NCBI GenBank assembly: GCA_009923755.1
Contig: RFSW01000001.1
Location: 453-64,452, forward strand
Direction of reading: 5' to 3'
DNA from: Betaproteobacteria bacterium
GTDB lineage: Bacteria > Pseudomonadota > Gammaproteobacteria > Burkholderiales > UBA3065
DNA length: 64,000 nucleotides
Positions 49,401 through 57,628 of the stretch are shown in pieces. The notes under the pieces are model-generated. The model ran no database searches, was not told the DNA's origin, and was given only the letters and a program-made list of their open reading frames with translations. Every line of letters starts with the position of its first letter. Position 1 is the first letter of the stretch. Position numbers and translations under genes: made by a program.

Positions 49401-49909
49401 GGGTCGACGACGGTGATGCCGGTCAGAGTGATGTTGCCGGTGTTGCTGACGACCACGGCGTAGTTGAGGACGTCGCCGGCTGCGTCGGCGATGCCGTTGC
49501 CGTTGCCGCCGGTCACCTTATCGAACACCTTGTCGACGGTGATCGCAGGGGTGTAAGCCAAGGGTGCCGTAGCGGAGTCGCTGGTGGGCGCGGTCTGGTC
49601 GGAGTCGGCCGTGGCCGTATTATCGATGTCGTTGTCGCCACCGCCGCGGTTGTCCAGATCTGCTTGGGTCACCGTGTAACTGCTGGTGTAGGTCGCGCTT
49701 CCGCCTACCAGCAAGGTGACGCCACTCACGTTCTGGCCGGTCAGCGGGTCGACGACCGACACACCGGTCAGATCTTGGTTGCCGGTGTTGGTCACCACCA
49801 CGCTGTACTTGACGATGTCACCGGCCTGATCGGCGATGCCGTCGCTGTCGAGCGTCACGCCATCGGCCTGGTAGACCCCATCGACCGCCTTGTCGATGGC
49901 CAGACCCGG
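46444..49909 (-). repeat. About 10 tandem coding repeats of ~115-120 aa (~350 bp) inside the adhesin gene
   Basis: The recurrent unit is ...DKVFDxVTGGNGNxxADAAGDVLNYxVxVTNTGNxTLTGVTVxDPLTGQNxSGxTLAPGxSQxxxSxYTLTQADLDxxGGGDGDxDNTATADSxxTDPxS.... Nine copies are clear and one terminal copy is divergent. Confidence 0.75.
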
Positions 49910-50716
49910 GATGAGCGGGATGATGGCCTTGGGTGAGAGTTGCAGCGAGGTGGCACCGCTGCCGCCGATGTCGACCGTGGTCTGCAAGGAGCCGCCGGTC
50001 CACGATGAGGCGCCATTGGTCGGCCCTGCACCCTGATCCGGCACATCGCCATCCTTGGCGATCTGCAGGCCGTAGTAGATCTCGGCACCGCCCTTGGTGG
50101 TGGTCGGGCCGGTGTAGACAAAGGTCACCGTGACGTGACCTTGCTTGGTGTTGGAACTGGCATAGGTGACCGCGCTGACATTGGTGATGTCGGCGTTGAT
50201 GCTCATGAAGGCACCGGCGGTACCGCCACCGTTGCTGAAGGTGCCGTCGGTCGAGGGTGTGTTGCCAGTCGGCCAGCTGGACGGCACGCGGCTGTCCTGC
50301 ACGCTGGTCAGGCCGACGAAGCCACCGGAGTTGGTATTGACCTGATAGTGGTCGTAGGTGATGTTGAAGCTGTAGCTTTGCCCTTGCACCAAGGGGGTTT
50401 TGTTGCTCGCGCTGTAGACGAAGACATGCGGAATGACCTCGCCTTCTTTGTAGTCCGACTTGTTGTCCGAGAGGATGTTGTTGTTCCACTCGGCACTCGA
50501 ACCCGATGCGGCATCGCCGTAGGCCCAGTGTTGGTAGACCTTGCTGACGACGCCGACCGTCTGGGTGGGGGCAAGCAGGGCGCTTTTCTTGTTCGACCCT
50601 TCCGTCAGGGTCATACCGGTCAGGTAGGGATTGACCAGACCCGATTGCACTGCCTCTCCATGACCCGTGTCATGGCCGAGCGGGTTGGCTGACATCGGCT
50701 TTTTCTTGGCTGTCAT
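46444..50716 (-). pseudogene. Giant repeat surface protein/adhesin (DUF11 / conserved-repeat-domain type), about 1420 aa if the frame is restored; currently two ORFs
   Basis: Track ORFs 48104-50716 (870 aa) and 46444-48159 (571 aa) are contiguous parts of one repeat protein. ORF1 ends ...SERVDLTVRPK then goes out of frame. ORF2 resumes (N)KVLDGVSGGNGN..., matching every other repeat junction. The frame change lies within 48160-48177 (ccgtgcggcctaaacaag). Confidence 0.75.
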
Positions 50717-50934
50717 GCTGTGTTCTCCTGATTGCCCAAAGGGGTCCCGGGCCCCGATCGAGGCCGGCTCTACGGGTGACGCTGCGGTGCAGCATTCACG
50801 TCGGACTCAGGATTGCAGCGGCCAGCGCGCCGGTATGCCGGACGTTGTCGCGAAGTGGGTGGGATATGGCGTTGCGCGTGTAGGACCTGCCGCTAGCGCC
50901 GTAGGACAAGGCTTACAGCGGAGAGCTTGCGGAC

Positions 50935-51561
50935 ATGGCGGACATCGTTCTCGCCGACGAACAGCCGGTGGTACGCAGCGGTCTGCGAGCGGTGTTGGCG
51001 GTCGCGCGGGATTTTCGCATCACCGCGGAGGTCGGGCATTCCGCCGCGCTATTTGCCGAACTCGCCCGTGTCTCTTGCGACCTGCTGCTGGTGGAGCCGG
51101 CGCTGCCTGATCTGCCAGTGGTCGAGCTGATCGGCCGGGTGCGTCGCCTGCCGGCTGCACCGCGTGTGCTGGCGTTTGGTGTGAAGCCGGAGGAAGACTT
51201 CGCTCTGCCGCTGATCGAGCTCGGTGCCGCGGGCTATCTTCACAAGTGCAGCCCGCCGGAGCAGATCCTCGTTGCTGTGCGTACCGTGCTCGGGGGCGAC
51301 ACCTATCTGCCGCCAGGGGTGGCGCGCAGCCTGCTGGCCGGCGGTCACGGCCAGGCTGAACTGCCCCACCTGGCCTTGTCGCGGCGGGAGATGGGCGTGC
51401 TGCTGATGCTGGGGGCCGGGCGTCCGCTCAAGCGCATCGCCGACGAACTCAATCTCAGCATCAAGACGGTGAGCACCTACCGAAGCCGGGTCCTGCAGAA
51501 ACTCGGTCTGGCCTCGAACGCCGACCTCACGCGCTACGTCATAGAGCGCGGCCTGGGCTAG
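50935..51561 (+). CDS. LuxR/NarL-family response regulator with atypical (Asp-to-Glu) receiver
   Basis: 208 aa. The C-terminal HTH is LSRREMGVLLMLGAGRPLKRIADELNLSIKTVSTYRSRVLQKLGL. The receiver-like N-terminus reads IVLADEQP (normally DD) and DLLLVEPALPD (Glu at the phospho-acceptor position). Lys is conserved (GYLHK). Confidence 0.85.
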   Translation: MADIVLADEQPVVRSGLRAVLAVARDFRITAEVGHSAALFAELARVSCDLLLVEPALPDLPVVELIGRVRRLPAAPRVLAFGVKPEEDFALPLIELGAAGYLHKCSPPEQILVAVRTVLGGDTYLPPGVARSLLAGGHGQAELPHLALSRREMGVLLMLGAGRPLKRIADELNLSIKTVSTYRSRVLQKLGLASNADLTRYVIERGLG

Positions 51562-52844
51562 ACCAGCAACTGACCGGCAGGCGGGTGGGAGAGAAAGCCC
51601 GCCGGGCTGGCACTGGCGCCATAGGCCCCCGATTGGCCGATTGCCAGGATGTCGCCGGGCCCGACGTCGGCCGGCAGCATCACCTCGCGCGCGAGCACGT
51701 CGAGCGGCGTGCACAAGGGCCCGCAGACGGTAAAGGTGGTGTCGCCGCGCGCGGCCAGGTCGCGTGCCAGCCAGACCGGATAGTCGCGCCGGATCACCTG
51801 ACCGAAGTTGCCGGATGCCGCGAGGTGCTGGTGCATCCCGCCGTCACAGACGAGGAAGTCGCGGCCGCGCGAACGCTTGCGATCGATGACCTGGGTGAGG
51901 AACACCCCAGCTTCACCAACCAGATAGCGCCCAAGTTCCAGCACGAGCACGGTCTCTGGAAAGTGCGCCGCATGGTCGCGGGCGATGTCAGCCAGTGCTG
52001 CGCGCACCGGCGCCGTGTCGAGCGGCTGTTCGCCGGCAAAGTAGGGGATGCCGAAGCCGCCACCGAGGTTGAACACGCGCAGCGGGGTGGCTTGGGCCAC
52101 CAGATGGGCGTCTGCGACGGGCGCCCAAGCCGCGAGTTCGGTACAGAGGGCGTGGCTGCGTCGCAGTGCCTCGGCCACCTGCCCGCCATCGAGGTTTTGC
52201 GAGCCGGCGTAGATGTGAAAGCCAGCAAAGGTCAGGTTCGCCGGCCAGGCGGCGAGTACCGCCGGGACTTTCTCTGCGTCGATGCCGAACACCTGTGCGC
52301 CACCGCCCATGCGCATGCCCGCGCGCCGCAGCTCGAAGTCAGGGTTGATGCGCAGGGCCGCCCGTGCAGATTGCCCGGCTGTGCGCGCCAGCGCTGCCAG
52401 GCGCGCCAGTTCGCCGGCTGATTCGACATGGATCACCGCCCCGGCATCGATCGCCGCTGCCAACTCGGCGTCGCGCTTGCCGGGGCCGGCAAAGCCGAGG
52501 TGTGCGCCGCGGTGGCCGGCGTCGAGCGCGAGCGCCAGTTCGCCGCCCGAGGCGATGTCGAAGCCGTCGACCTGTGTCGCCAAGAGGCGCAGCAACTCGG
52601 GCAGTGGATTGGCCTTGATGGCGTAATGCAGGCGTATGCCTTCGGGCAGTAGCGTGCGCACCGAGGCGACGCGTGTTCGTACCGCTGCAGAGTCCACCAC
52701 GTAGAGCGGCGTGCCATGGCGGGCGGCCAACGACACGGCAGTCTGCCCGCCGAGCAGCAGGGCACCGGTGGCGTCGGTCGAGAACGGCGGCGCCGCGTGC
52801 AATGGCATGCCGTGCGTCGGCGCTGCGGGCTCAGTCATTGCCAT
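51558..52844 (-). CDS. Fold-type III PLP-dependent decarboxylase (DapDC/ODC family)
   Basis: 428 aa. Contains TPLYVVD, the PLP-Lys block HYAIKANP, GGGFGIPY and CGPLCTPLD. Its start overlaps the upstream ligase gene by 14 nt. Confidence 0.8.
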   Translation of the reverse strand: MAMTEPAAPTHGMPLHAAPPFSTDATGALLLGGQTAVSLAARHGTPLYVVDSAAVRTRVASVRTLLPEGIRLHYAIKANPLPELLRLLATQVDGFDIASGGELALALDAGHRGAHLGFAGPGKRDAELAAAIDAGAVIHVESAGELARLAALARTAGQSARAALRINPDFELRRAGMRMGGGAQVFGIDAEKVPAVLAAWPANLTFAGFHIYAGSQNLDGGQVAEALRRSHALCTELAAWAPVADAHLVAQATPLRVFNLGGGFGIPYFAGEQPLDTAPVRAALADIARDHAAHFPETVLVLELGRYLVGEAGVFLTQVIDRKRSRGRDFLVCDGGMHQHLAASGNFGQVIRRDYPVWLARDLAARGDTTFTVCGPLCTPLDVLAREVMLPADVGPGDILAIGQSGAYGASASPAGFLSHPPAGQLLV

Positions 52845-54426
52845 CGCTGGCGTGGTCGGTCGCCGTGGTGGCGAGGCGCGTGAGGAGTTGTTGGCGGATC
52901 AGCACGCGGTCGAACTTACCATTGGCGGTTCTTGGCAGGGCGCCCGGCCAGACTTCGATGTGCCGCGGGTGCATCCAGGTCGGCAGCCCACTGCGCAGTG
53001 CGTTAGCCAGGCCGCTGATGTCGTCGCTCGCCACTGCCAGTGTGATCACCTCTCCGAGCCACCGGTCTGGCAAGCCGGTGGCCACGCACTCCGGCCAACC
53101 GGCTGCCGCCGCGACCGATTCGACCTCAGTCGGACTGACCCGGTAGCCCGAGGTCTTGATCTGCCCGTCCTTGCGGCCAATGAACCACAGATAGCCTTCG
53201 TCGTCGCATCGCAGGGTGTCGCCGGACCATACCGCCGGCTCGCCGTCGGGCCCGGGCCGAAAGCGTTCGGCGCTGCGTGCCGGGTCGTTCCAGTAGCCAC
53301 GCGCAACCAGCGGACCTTGTTGCACCAGTTCGCCGGCTTCGCCCGAGGCACAGAAGCTGCCGTCCTGTCGCAGCAGGTGCAGGCGGGTGCCGCCGGGCAA
53401 GGCGACGCCCACCGATTCGGGTTTCCGCTCGAACTCATGGGGTGGCAGGGCGCTCGCCCGGAACGCCTCGGTCAGGCCATACAGCGCGTGCGGCGCGGCA
53501 TGCGGCCAGACGGCCTGCAGCCATTGCCAGTTTGCAGCCGGCAGCTGCCCGCCGGTGTTGGCGAAATAGCGCAAAGATGCGGAACCCGGTGCGCCGGCCA
53601 GATCGGCGCGGTGCGCGGCTTCGATGGCCTGCTGCAATTGCAGATACAAGGGTGGCACGGCGAGGATGCCGGTGATCGCGTAGCGGTCGAGCGCGACCAG
53701 CAGATCGGCCGGGAACAGGTGGTCGACCAGCGCCACCGATGCCCCGGCAGCAAAGGCGGTGGTCAGCTGCGAAAAGCCGGCATCGAAGGACAGCGGCAGC
53801 GCAGCCAGCAAGCGATCGTCGGGGCGATGGCCGAGGCAGGCGTTCATCGCTGCTGCGCCGGCCAGCAGGTTGGCATGCGTCACCATCACCCCCTTGGGCG
53901 CGCCGCTGCTGCCCGAGGTGTAGAACAAGATGGCCAACTCTTGGCTATCGCGTCGAATCGGCGGTGGGCATCCGGCAAGGCTGTGCACCTCGCGCTGCCA
54001 TGCGGCGTCGTCCACGTCTACGCCACGCCAGGGTCGGGCGTGGTCGGCGGCCGTCAGCGCCTGCAGGCGTCCGTAGTCGCTGAGCAGCAGGGCCGCCTGC
54101 GCGTCGGCCAAGCTGGCCAGCGCTTGCGATGCGCGTACCGCCGGGTTGAGTGGCAGCGCGACATGGCCGGCGCGCATCGCGGCGAAAAGGGCCACCACAG
54201 TGTCGACGCGCTTGTCGAGCCACACGCCGATGCGCGACCCGCGTAGCGGACAGGCGTCGGCCAGCCAGGCAGCCACCTGATCGACCCTGCGGTCGAGTTC
54301 GCCGTAGGTCAGATGCGAGCCGTCTCGCCAGAGGGCCGGCGCCTCCGGCCAGCGCCGCGCGGCGGCGCTCAGCAGGTCGGCAGCGGTCGCCATCGTGGGC
54401 GTCGCGCTGTGCGCATCAGCCATCAT
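52831..54426 (-). CDS. AMP-forming acyl-CoA/acyl-ACP ligase (adenylate-forming enzyme)
   Basis: From ATG 54426, ~531 aa. Has AMP-binding motif I LFYTSGSSGAPKGV, YGLTE, GDTLRCDDEGYLWFIGRKDGQIKTSGYRVSPTEVE and the terminal Lys motif PRTANGKFDR. Confidence 0.8.
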   Translation of the reverse strand: MMADAHSATPTMATAADLLSAAARRWPEAPALWRDGSHLTYGELDRRVDQVAAWLADACPLRGSRIGVWLDKRVDTVVALFAAMRAGHVALPLNPAVRASQALASLADAQAALLLSDYGRLQALTAADHARPWRGVDVDDAAWQREVHSLAGCPPPIRRDSQELAILFYTSGSSGAPKGVMVTHANLLAGAAAMNACLGHRPDDRLLAALPLSFDAGFSQLTTAFAAGASVALVDHLFPADLLVALDRYAITGILAVPPLYLQLQQAIEAAHRADLAGAPGSASLRYFANTGGQLPAANWQWLQAVWPHAAPHALYGLTEAFRASALPPHEFERKPESVGVALPGGTRLHLLRQDGSFCASGEAGELVQQGPLVARGYWNDPARSAERFRPGPDGEPAVWSGDTLRCDDEGYLWFIGRKDGQIKTSGYRVSPTEVESVAAAAGWPECVATGLPDRWLGEVITLAVASDDISGLANALRSGLPTWMHPRHIEVWPGALPRTANGKFDRVLIRQQLLTRLATTATDHASDGND

Positions 54427-54587
54427 GCGTTGCAGGCCACGTGGTCGGGGCTGCTGCCCATGCCGGCCACGACTCCCTATAATGGCGCCCCCGGATGCCG
54501 TCGGGCCGCGGCGACTCCCGCCGGTGTCCGGCCTTCGAACCTCCGGGCCGGCATCGGCCGTCGTCGGCAACGGGACTCTTCGCGAAC

Positions 54588-54845
54588 ATGGCAGTAGACA
54601 TGCAGACTGAACTGGCACGCATCCTCGACGACGTTCTCGCACTCGAGGGCCGCGGCGTTGCTTTGCGGGCCGAATCGCGTTTGATGGGCGCCATCCCCGA
54701 ACTCGACTCGATGGCCGTGTTGTCGGTCTTGGAGGCGATCCGCGACCGCCTCCACGTGCGCATCGCCGACGACGAGATCGACGGCCGCATGTTCAGCACG
54801 CTCGGCGCCCTCACCGAGTTCGTCAGCGCCCGCGCCAGCGTCTAG
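54588..54845 (+). CDS. Acyl carrier protein-like small protein
   Basis: About 85 aa from ATG 54588 (or ATG 54600). IPELDSMAVLSVLEAI matches the phosphopantetheine attachment pattern (LDS). It is divergent from the ligase/decarboxylase operon across a 161-nt gap. Confidence 0.65.
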   Translation: MAVDMQTELARILDDVLALEGRGVALRAESRLMGAIPELDSMAVLSVLEAIRDRLHVRIADDEIDGRMFSTLGALTEFVSARASV

Positions 54846-55228
54846 CGTCCGCCAGCGCTCCGTTCGCCGCGTTGCGGCGCCGGCGTGTCGGCGGGCACCG
54901 CCTCGTCGACCAGATCGACCACGGTGCCGTGGATCTCGACGTCGAACCAGAGCCAGAAGTTAGCCAGCGAACGCTCCTTGGGCCACTGCGAGGCATCGTC
55001 GACCCAGCTGCCGAGTTCCGCTTCGAACAACTCGACGCCGATCTCGTCGATGAACGCCACGGCGTCTTCCGGTTCTTCGAATTCAGGGATCAGCAACGCA
55101 GTGCAGTCGAGCCGCAACTGCTCGAGTGTAAGGTCGACCTCGTGGCCGGGTGTTTTGCGCAGCCAGTCGAGGAAGGGCTGCTTGGGCTTGATCACGGCGA
55201 GGTTGCGGTCGATCACGTACATCGGCAT
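54842..55228 (-). CDS. Hypothetical acidic cytoplasmic protein
   Basis: The C-terminal 128 codons of track ORF 54842-57079 read as a plausible protein (MPMYVIDRNLAVIKPKQPFLDWL...WPKERSLANFWLWFDVEIHGTVVDL). GGAG sits directly before ATG 55228, so ATG 55222 may be the real start. The rest of the 745-aa ORF is antisense to ovoA and is rejected. Confidence 0.5.
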   Translation of the reverse strand: MPMYVIDRNLAVIKPKQPFLDWLRKTPGHEVDLTLEQLRLDCTALLIPEFEEPEDAVAFIDEIGVELFEAELGSWVDDASQWPKERSLANFWLWFDVEIHGTVVDLVDEAVPADTPAPQRGERSAGGR

Positions 55229-55486
55229 CTCCAGAGAGCCCCGCAGGATGGGGTATGGAAGGATTATCGCATCGTCCGCCATCGCTCCGCGGCAGCCGTC
55301 GGCGCGGCCACGCGCAGGCGTCGTCACCGCTTGGATCGGAACCGACGCGCGGCGGCGCATTCCAAGCGTGTGCTCGGCGCAGAACGGCCACCGTGTTGGA
55401 TAGATTCCACTGGTATGGTGGCGGCGCGATCCGGTGGCGAGAGGCCGCCGACAACACACCATCATAAGATTCAGCGAGAACTGCCC

Positions 55487-57628
55487 ATGCGCAACGACAG
55501 TCGCCTTCTCTTTCCTCGCACGCCCGATCTGCGCAGCAGCGATGCCGACAGTTTTCGCGCCACGCTCGGCGCCTATTTCCATAGCACGTTCAGCGCTTAT
55601 GAGTCGCTGTTCGAGGCGCTGGTGGACGAGGACAGCTATCGCATCAAGCCGATCAGCCTGCGCCACCCGTTGATCTTCTACTACGGGCATACCGCGACTT
55701 TCTTCACCAACAAGCTGCTTCTCGCCGGCCTGATCAGCGAGCGTGTCAACCCGCGTTTTGAGTCGATGTTCGCGGTGGGGGTCGACGAGATGAGCTGGGA
55801 CGACCTCAACGAGGCGCACTACGACTGGCCGACCGCAGCCGAGGTGCGTGCCTACCGCGACAGCGTCCGGGCCATGGTCGACCGCATCATCCGCGAAGCG
55901 CCGTTGCAGATGCCGGTGGACTGGGACAATCCGTGGTGGGCCCTGATCATGGGCGTCGAACACGAGCGCATCCACCTCGAGACGTCCACCGTGCTGATCC
56001 GTCAGCACGCCCTCGGGCGGGTGCGACCGGTGGCCGGTTGGGCGCCGGATCGCAGCGGCCTGATGGCAGCCCCGACGCCTGCCGATGCGCCGGTCAACCG
56101 CCTGGTGGCGATCCCGGCCGGCGGCGTGCGATCGGGTAAGGCCATCGATGACGCGCTCTACGGCTGGGACAACGAGTACGGCCGACGCGAGGTGGCATTG
56201 CCGGCTTTCGAGGCCGCCAGCATGCTGGTCAGCAATGCCGAGTACCTGGCCTTCGTCGAAGCCGGCGGCTATGCCGATGCGCAGTGGTGGGACGAGGAGG
56301 GGGAGGGCTGGCGCCGTTATTCCCGGGCCACCGCGCCGACTTTCTGGGTCCGCGATGGTGCTGCCTGGAAGCTGCGCCTGATGACCGAGGAGGTCGCCAT
56401 GCCCTGGAGCTGGCCGGTCGAGGTCAACTGCCTCGAGGCCCGGGCCTTCTGCCGCTGGAAGAGCGCGCAGACCGGCCGCACCCACCGCCTCCCGACTGAG
56501 GACGAGTGGTACCGCCTGTACGACGTCGCCGGCATCGCCGAGGTGCCGCACGACACGCCCGCCGCCGCCAATCTGCACCTCGACCACGGCGCCTCGAGCT
56601 GCCCGGTCGATCGCCACGCACAGGGCGACTTCTTCGACGTGGTCGGCAATGTGTGGCAATGGACCGAGACGCCGATCTATCCCTTCGAGGGCTTCCGCGT
56701 CCACGACATCTACGACGACTTCTCCACACCCACCTTCGACGGCCGTCATAACCTGATGAAGGGCGGTTCGTGGGCTTCTTGCGGCAATGAGAGCATCCGC
56801 GCGTCGCGCTATGCCTTCCGCCGTCACTTCTTCCAACATGCGGGGTTGCGCTACGTGGTCACCGATACGCCGGCGGTCGCGCCGAACGTCTATTACGAAT
56901 CCGACCGGCAACTCTCCGAGTACGCCGAGTTCCACTACGGCGATGAGTGCTTCGGCGTCCCGAATTTCCCCAAGGCGCTGGCCGAGATCGCCATCGCCGC
57001 GATGGGTAATCGCACGGCCGACAAGGCGCTCGATCTGGGCTGTGCCACCGGACGCGCGAGTTTTGAGCTGGCGCGCCATTTCGGCCAGGTCACCGGCGTC
57101 GATTTCTCGGCGCGCTTCATCAACGCTGGGGTGCAGCTGCGTGACACCGGCGAGCTACGCTACCAGCGGGTCGAGGAGGGCGAGCTGGTGAGTTACCAGA
57201 CGCGCACTCTGGCGGCGCTCGACCTGGTCGAGGTCGCTGGCCGCGTCGATTTCATGCAGGGCGACGCCTGCAACCTCAAGACCGTGCTCACCGGCTACGA
57301 CCTGATCCTCGCCGCCAACCTCATCGATCGGCTCTACGACCCGCGTGCCTTTCTCGACCGCGTGCACGAGCGGCTCAAAGTCGGTGGCATCCTCATACTG
57401 ACCTCGCCCTACACCTGGCTCGAGGAGCACACCGCGCGCGAGAACTGGCTCGGCGGCTTCAAGAAGGACGGCGAGAACTGGACCACGCTGGATGCGCTCA
57501 AGGCAGTGTTGGCGCCTCACTTCCGCCTGCTCGGTGAGCCGCTGGACGTACCCTTTGCCATCCGCGAGACGCGCCGCAAGCATCAGCACACGATCGCCGA
57601 GGCCAGCCTCTGGGAGCGCATCCGCTGA
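55487..57628 (+). CDS. ovoA: 5-histidylcysteine sulfoxide synthase / methyltransferase OvoA (ovothiol biosynthesis)
   Basis: 713 aa from ATG 55487. Has a DinB-like N-domain with the iron motif HERIHLE (H-x3-H-x-E), an FGE-sulfatase-type domain (GNVWQWTETP, GGSWAS) and a C-terminal SAM methyltransferase (LDLGCATGRASFELA). Confidence 0.85.
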   Translation: MRNDSRLLFPRTPDLRSSDADSFRATLGAYFHSTFSAYESLFEALVDEDSYRIKPISLRHPLIFYYGHTATFFTNKLLLAGLISERVNPRFESMFAVGVDEMSWDDLNEAHYDWPTAAEVRAYRDSVRAMVDRIIREAPLQMPVDWDNPWWALIMGVEHERIHLETSTVLIRQHALGRVRPVAGWAPDRSGLMAAPTPADAPVNRLVAIPAGGVRSGKAIDDALYGWDNEYGRREVALPAFEAASMLVSNAEYLAFVEAGGYADAQWWDEEGEGWRRYSRATAPTFWVRDGAAWKLRLMTEEVAMPWSWPVEVNCLEARAFCRWKSAQTGRTHRLPTEDEWYRLYDVAGIAEVPHDTPAAANLHLDHGASSCPVDRHAQGDFFDVVGNVWQWTETPIYPFEGFRVHDIYDDFSTPTFDGRHNLMKGGSWASCGNESIRASRYAFRRHFFQHAGLRYVVTDTPAVAPNVYYESDRQLSEYAEFHYGDECFGVPNFPKALAEIAIAAMGNRTADKALDLGCATGRASFELARHFGQVTGVDFSARFINAGVQLRDTGELRYQRVEEGELVSYQTRTLAALDLVEVAGRVDFMQGDACNLKTVLTGYDLILAANLIDRLYDPRAFLDRVHERLKVGGILILTSPYTWLEEHTARENWLGGFKKDGENWTTLDALKAVLAPHFRLLGEPLDVPFAIRETRRKHQHTIAEASLWERIR

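Noticed and set aside
46444-49909. Regular ~350-bp periodicity that could superficially suggest a repeat array or CRISPR-like structure.
   Set aside because: The repeats are in-frame coding repeats of one large protein, far longer than CRISPR repeats. There are no unique spacers and no cas genes.
54842-57079. 745-aa minus-strand ORF, and the 918-aa plus-strand ORF starting at 54872.
   Set aside because: The minus ORF is antisense to ovoA except for its last 128 codons, which I kept as a small hypothetical gene. The plus ORF's first 205 codons are antisense to that small gene and precede the obvious OvoA start MRNDSRLLF at 55487.
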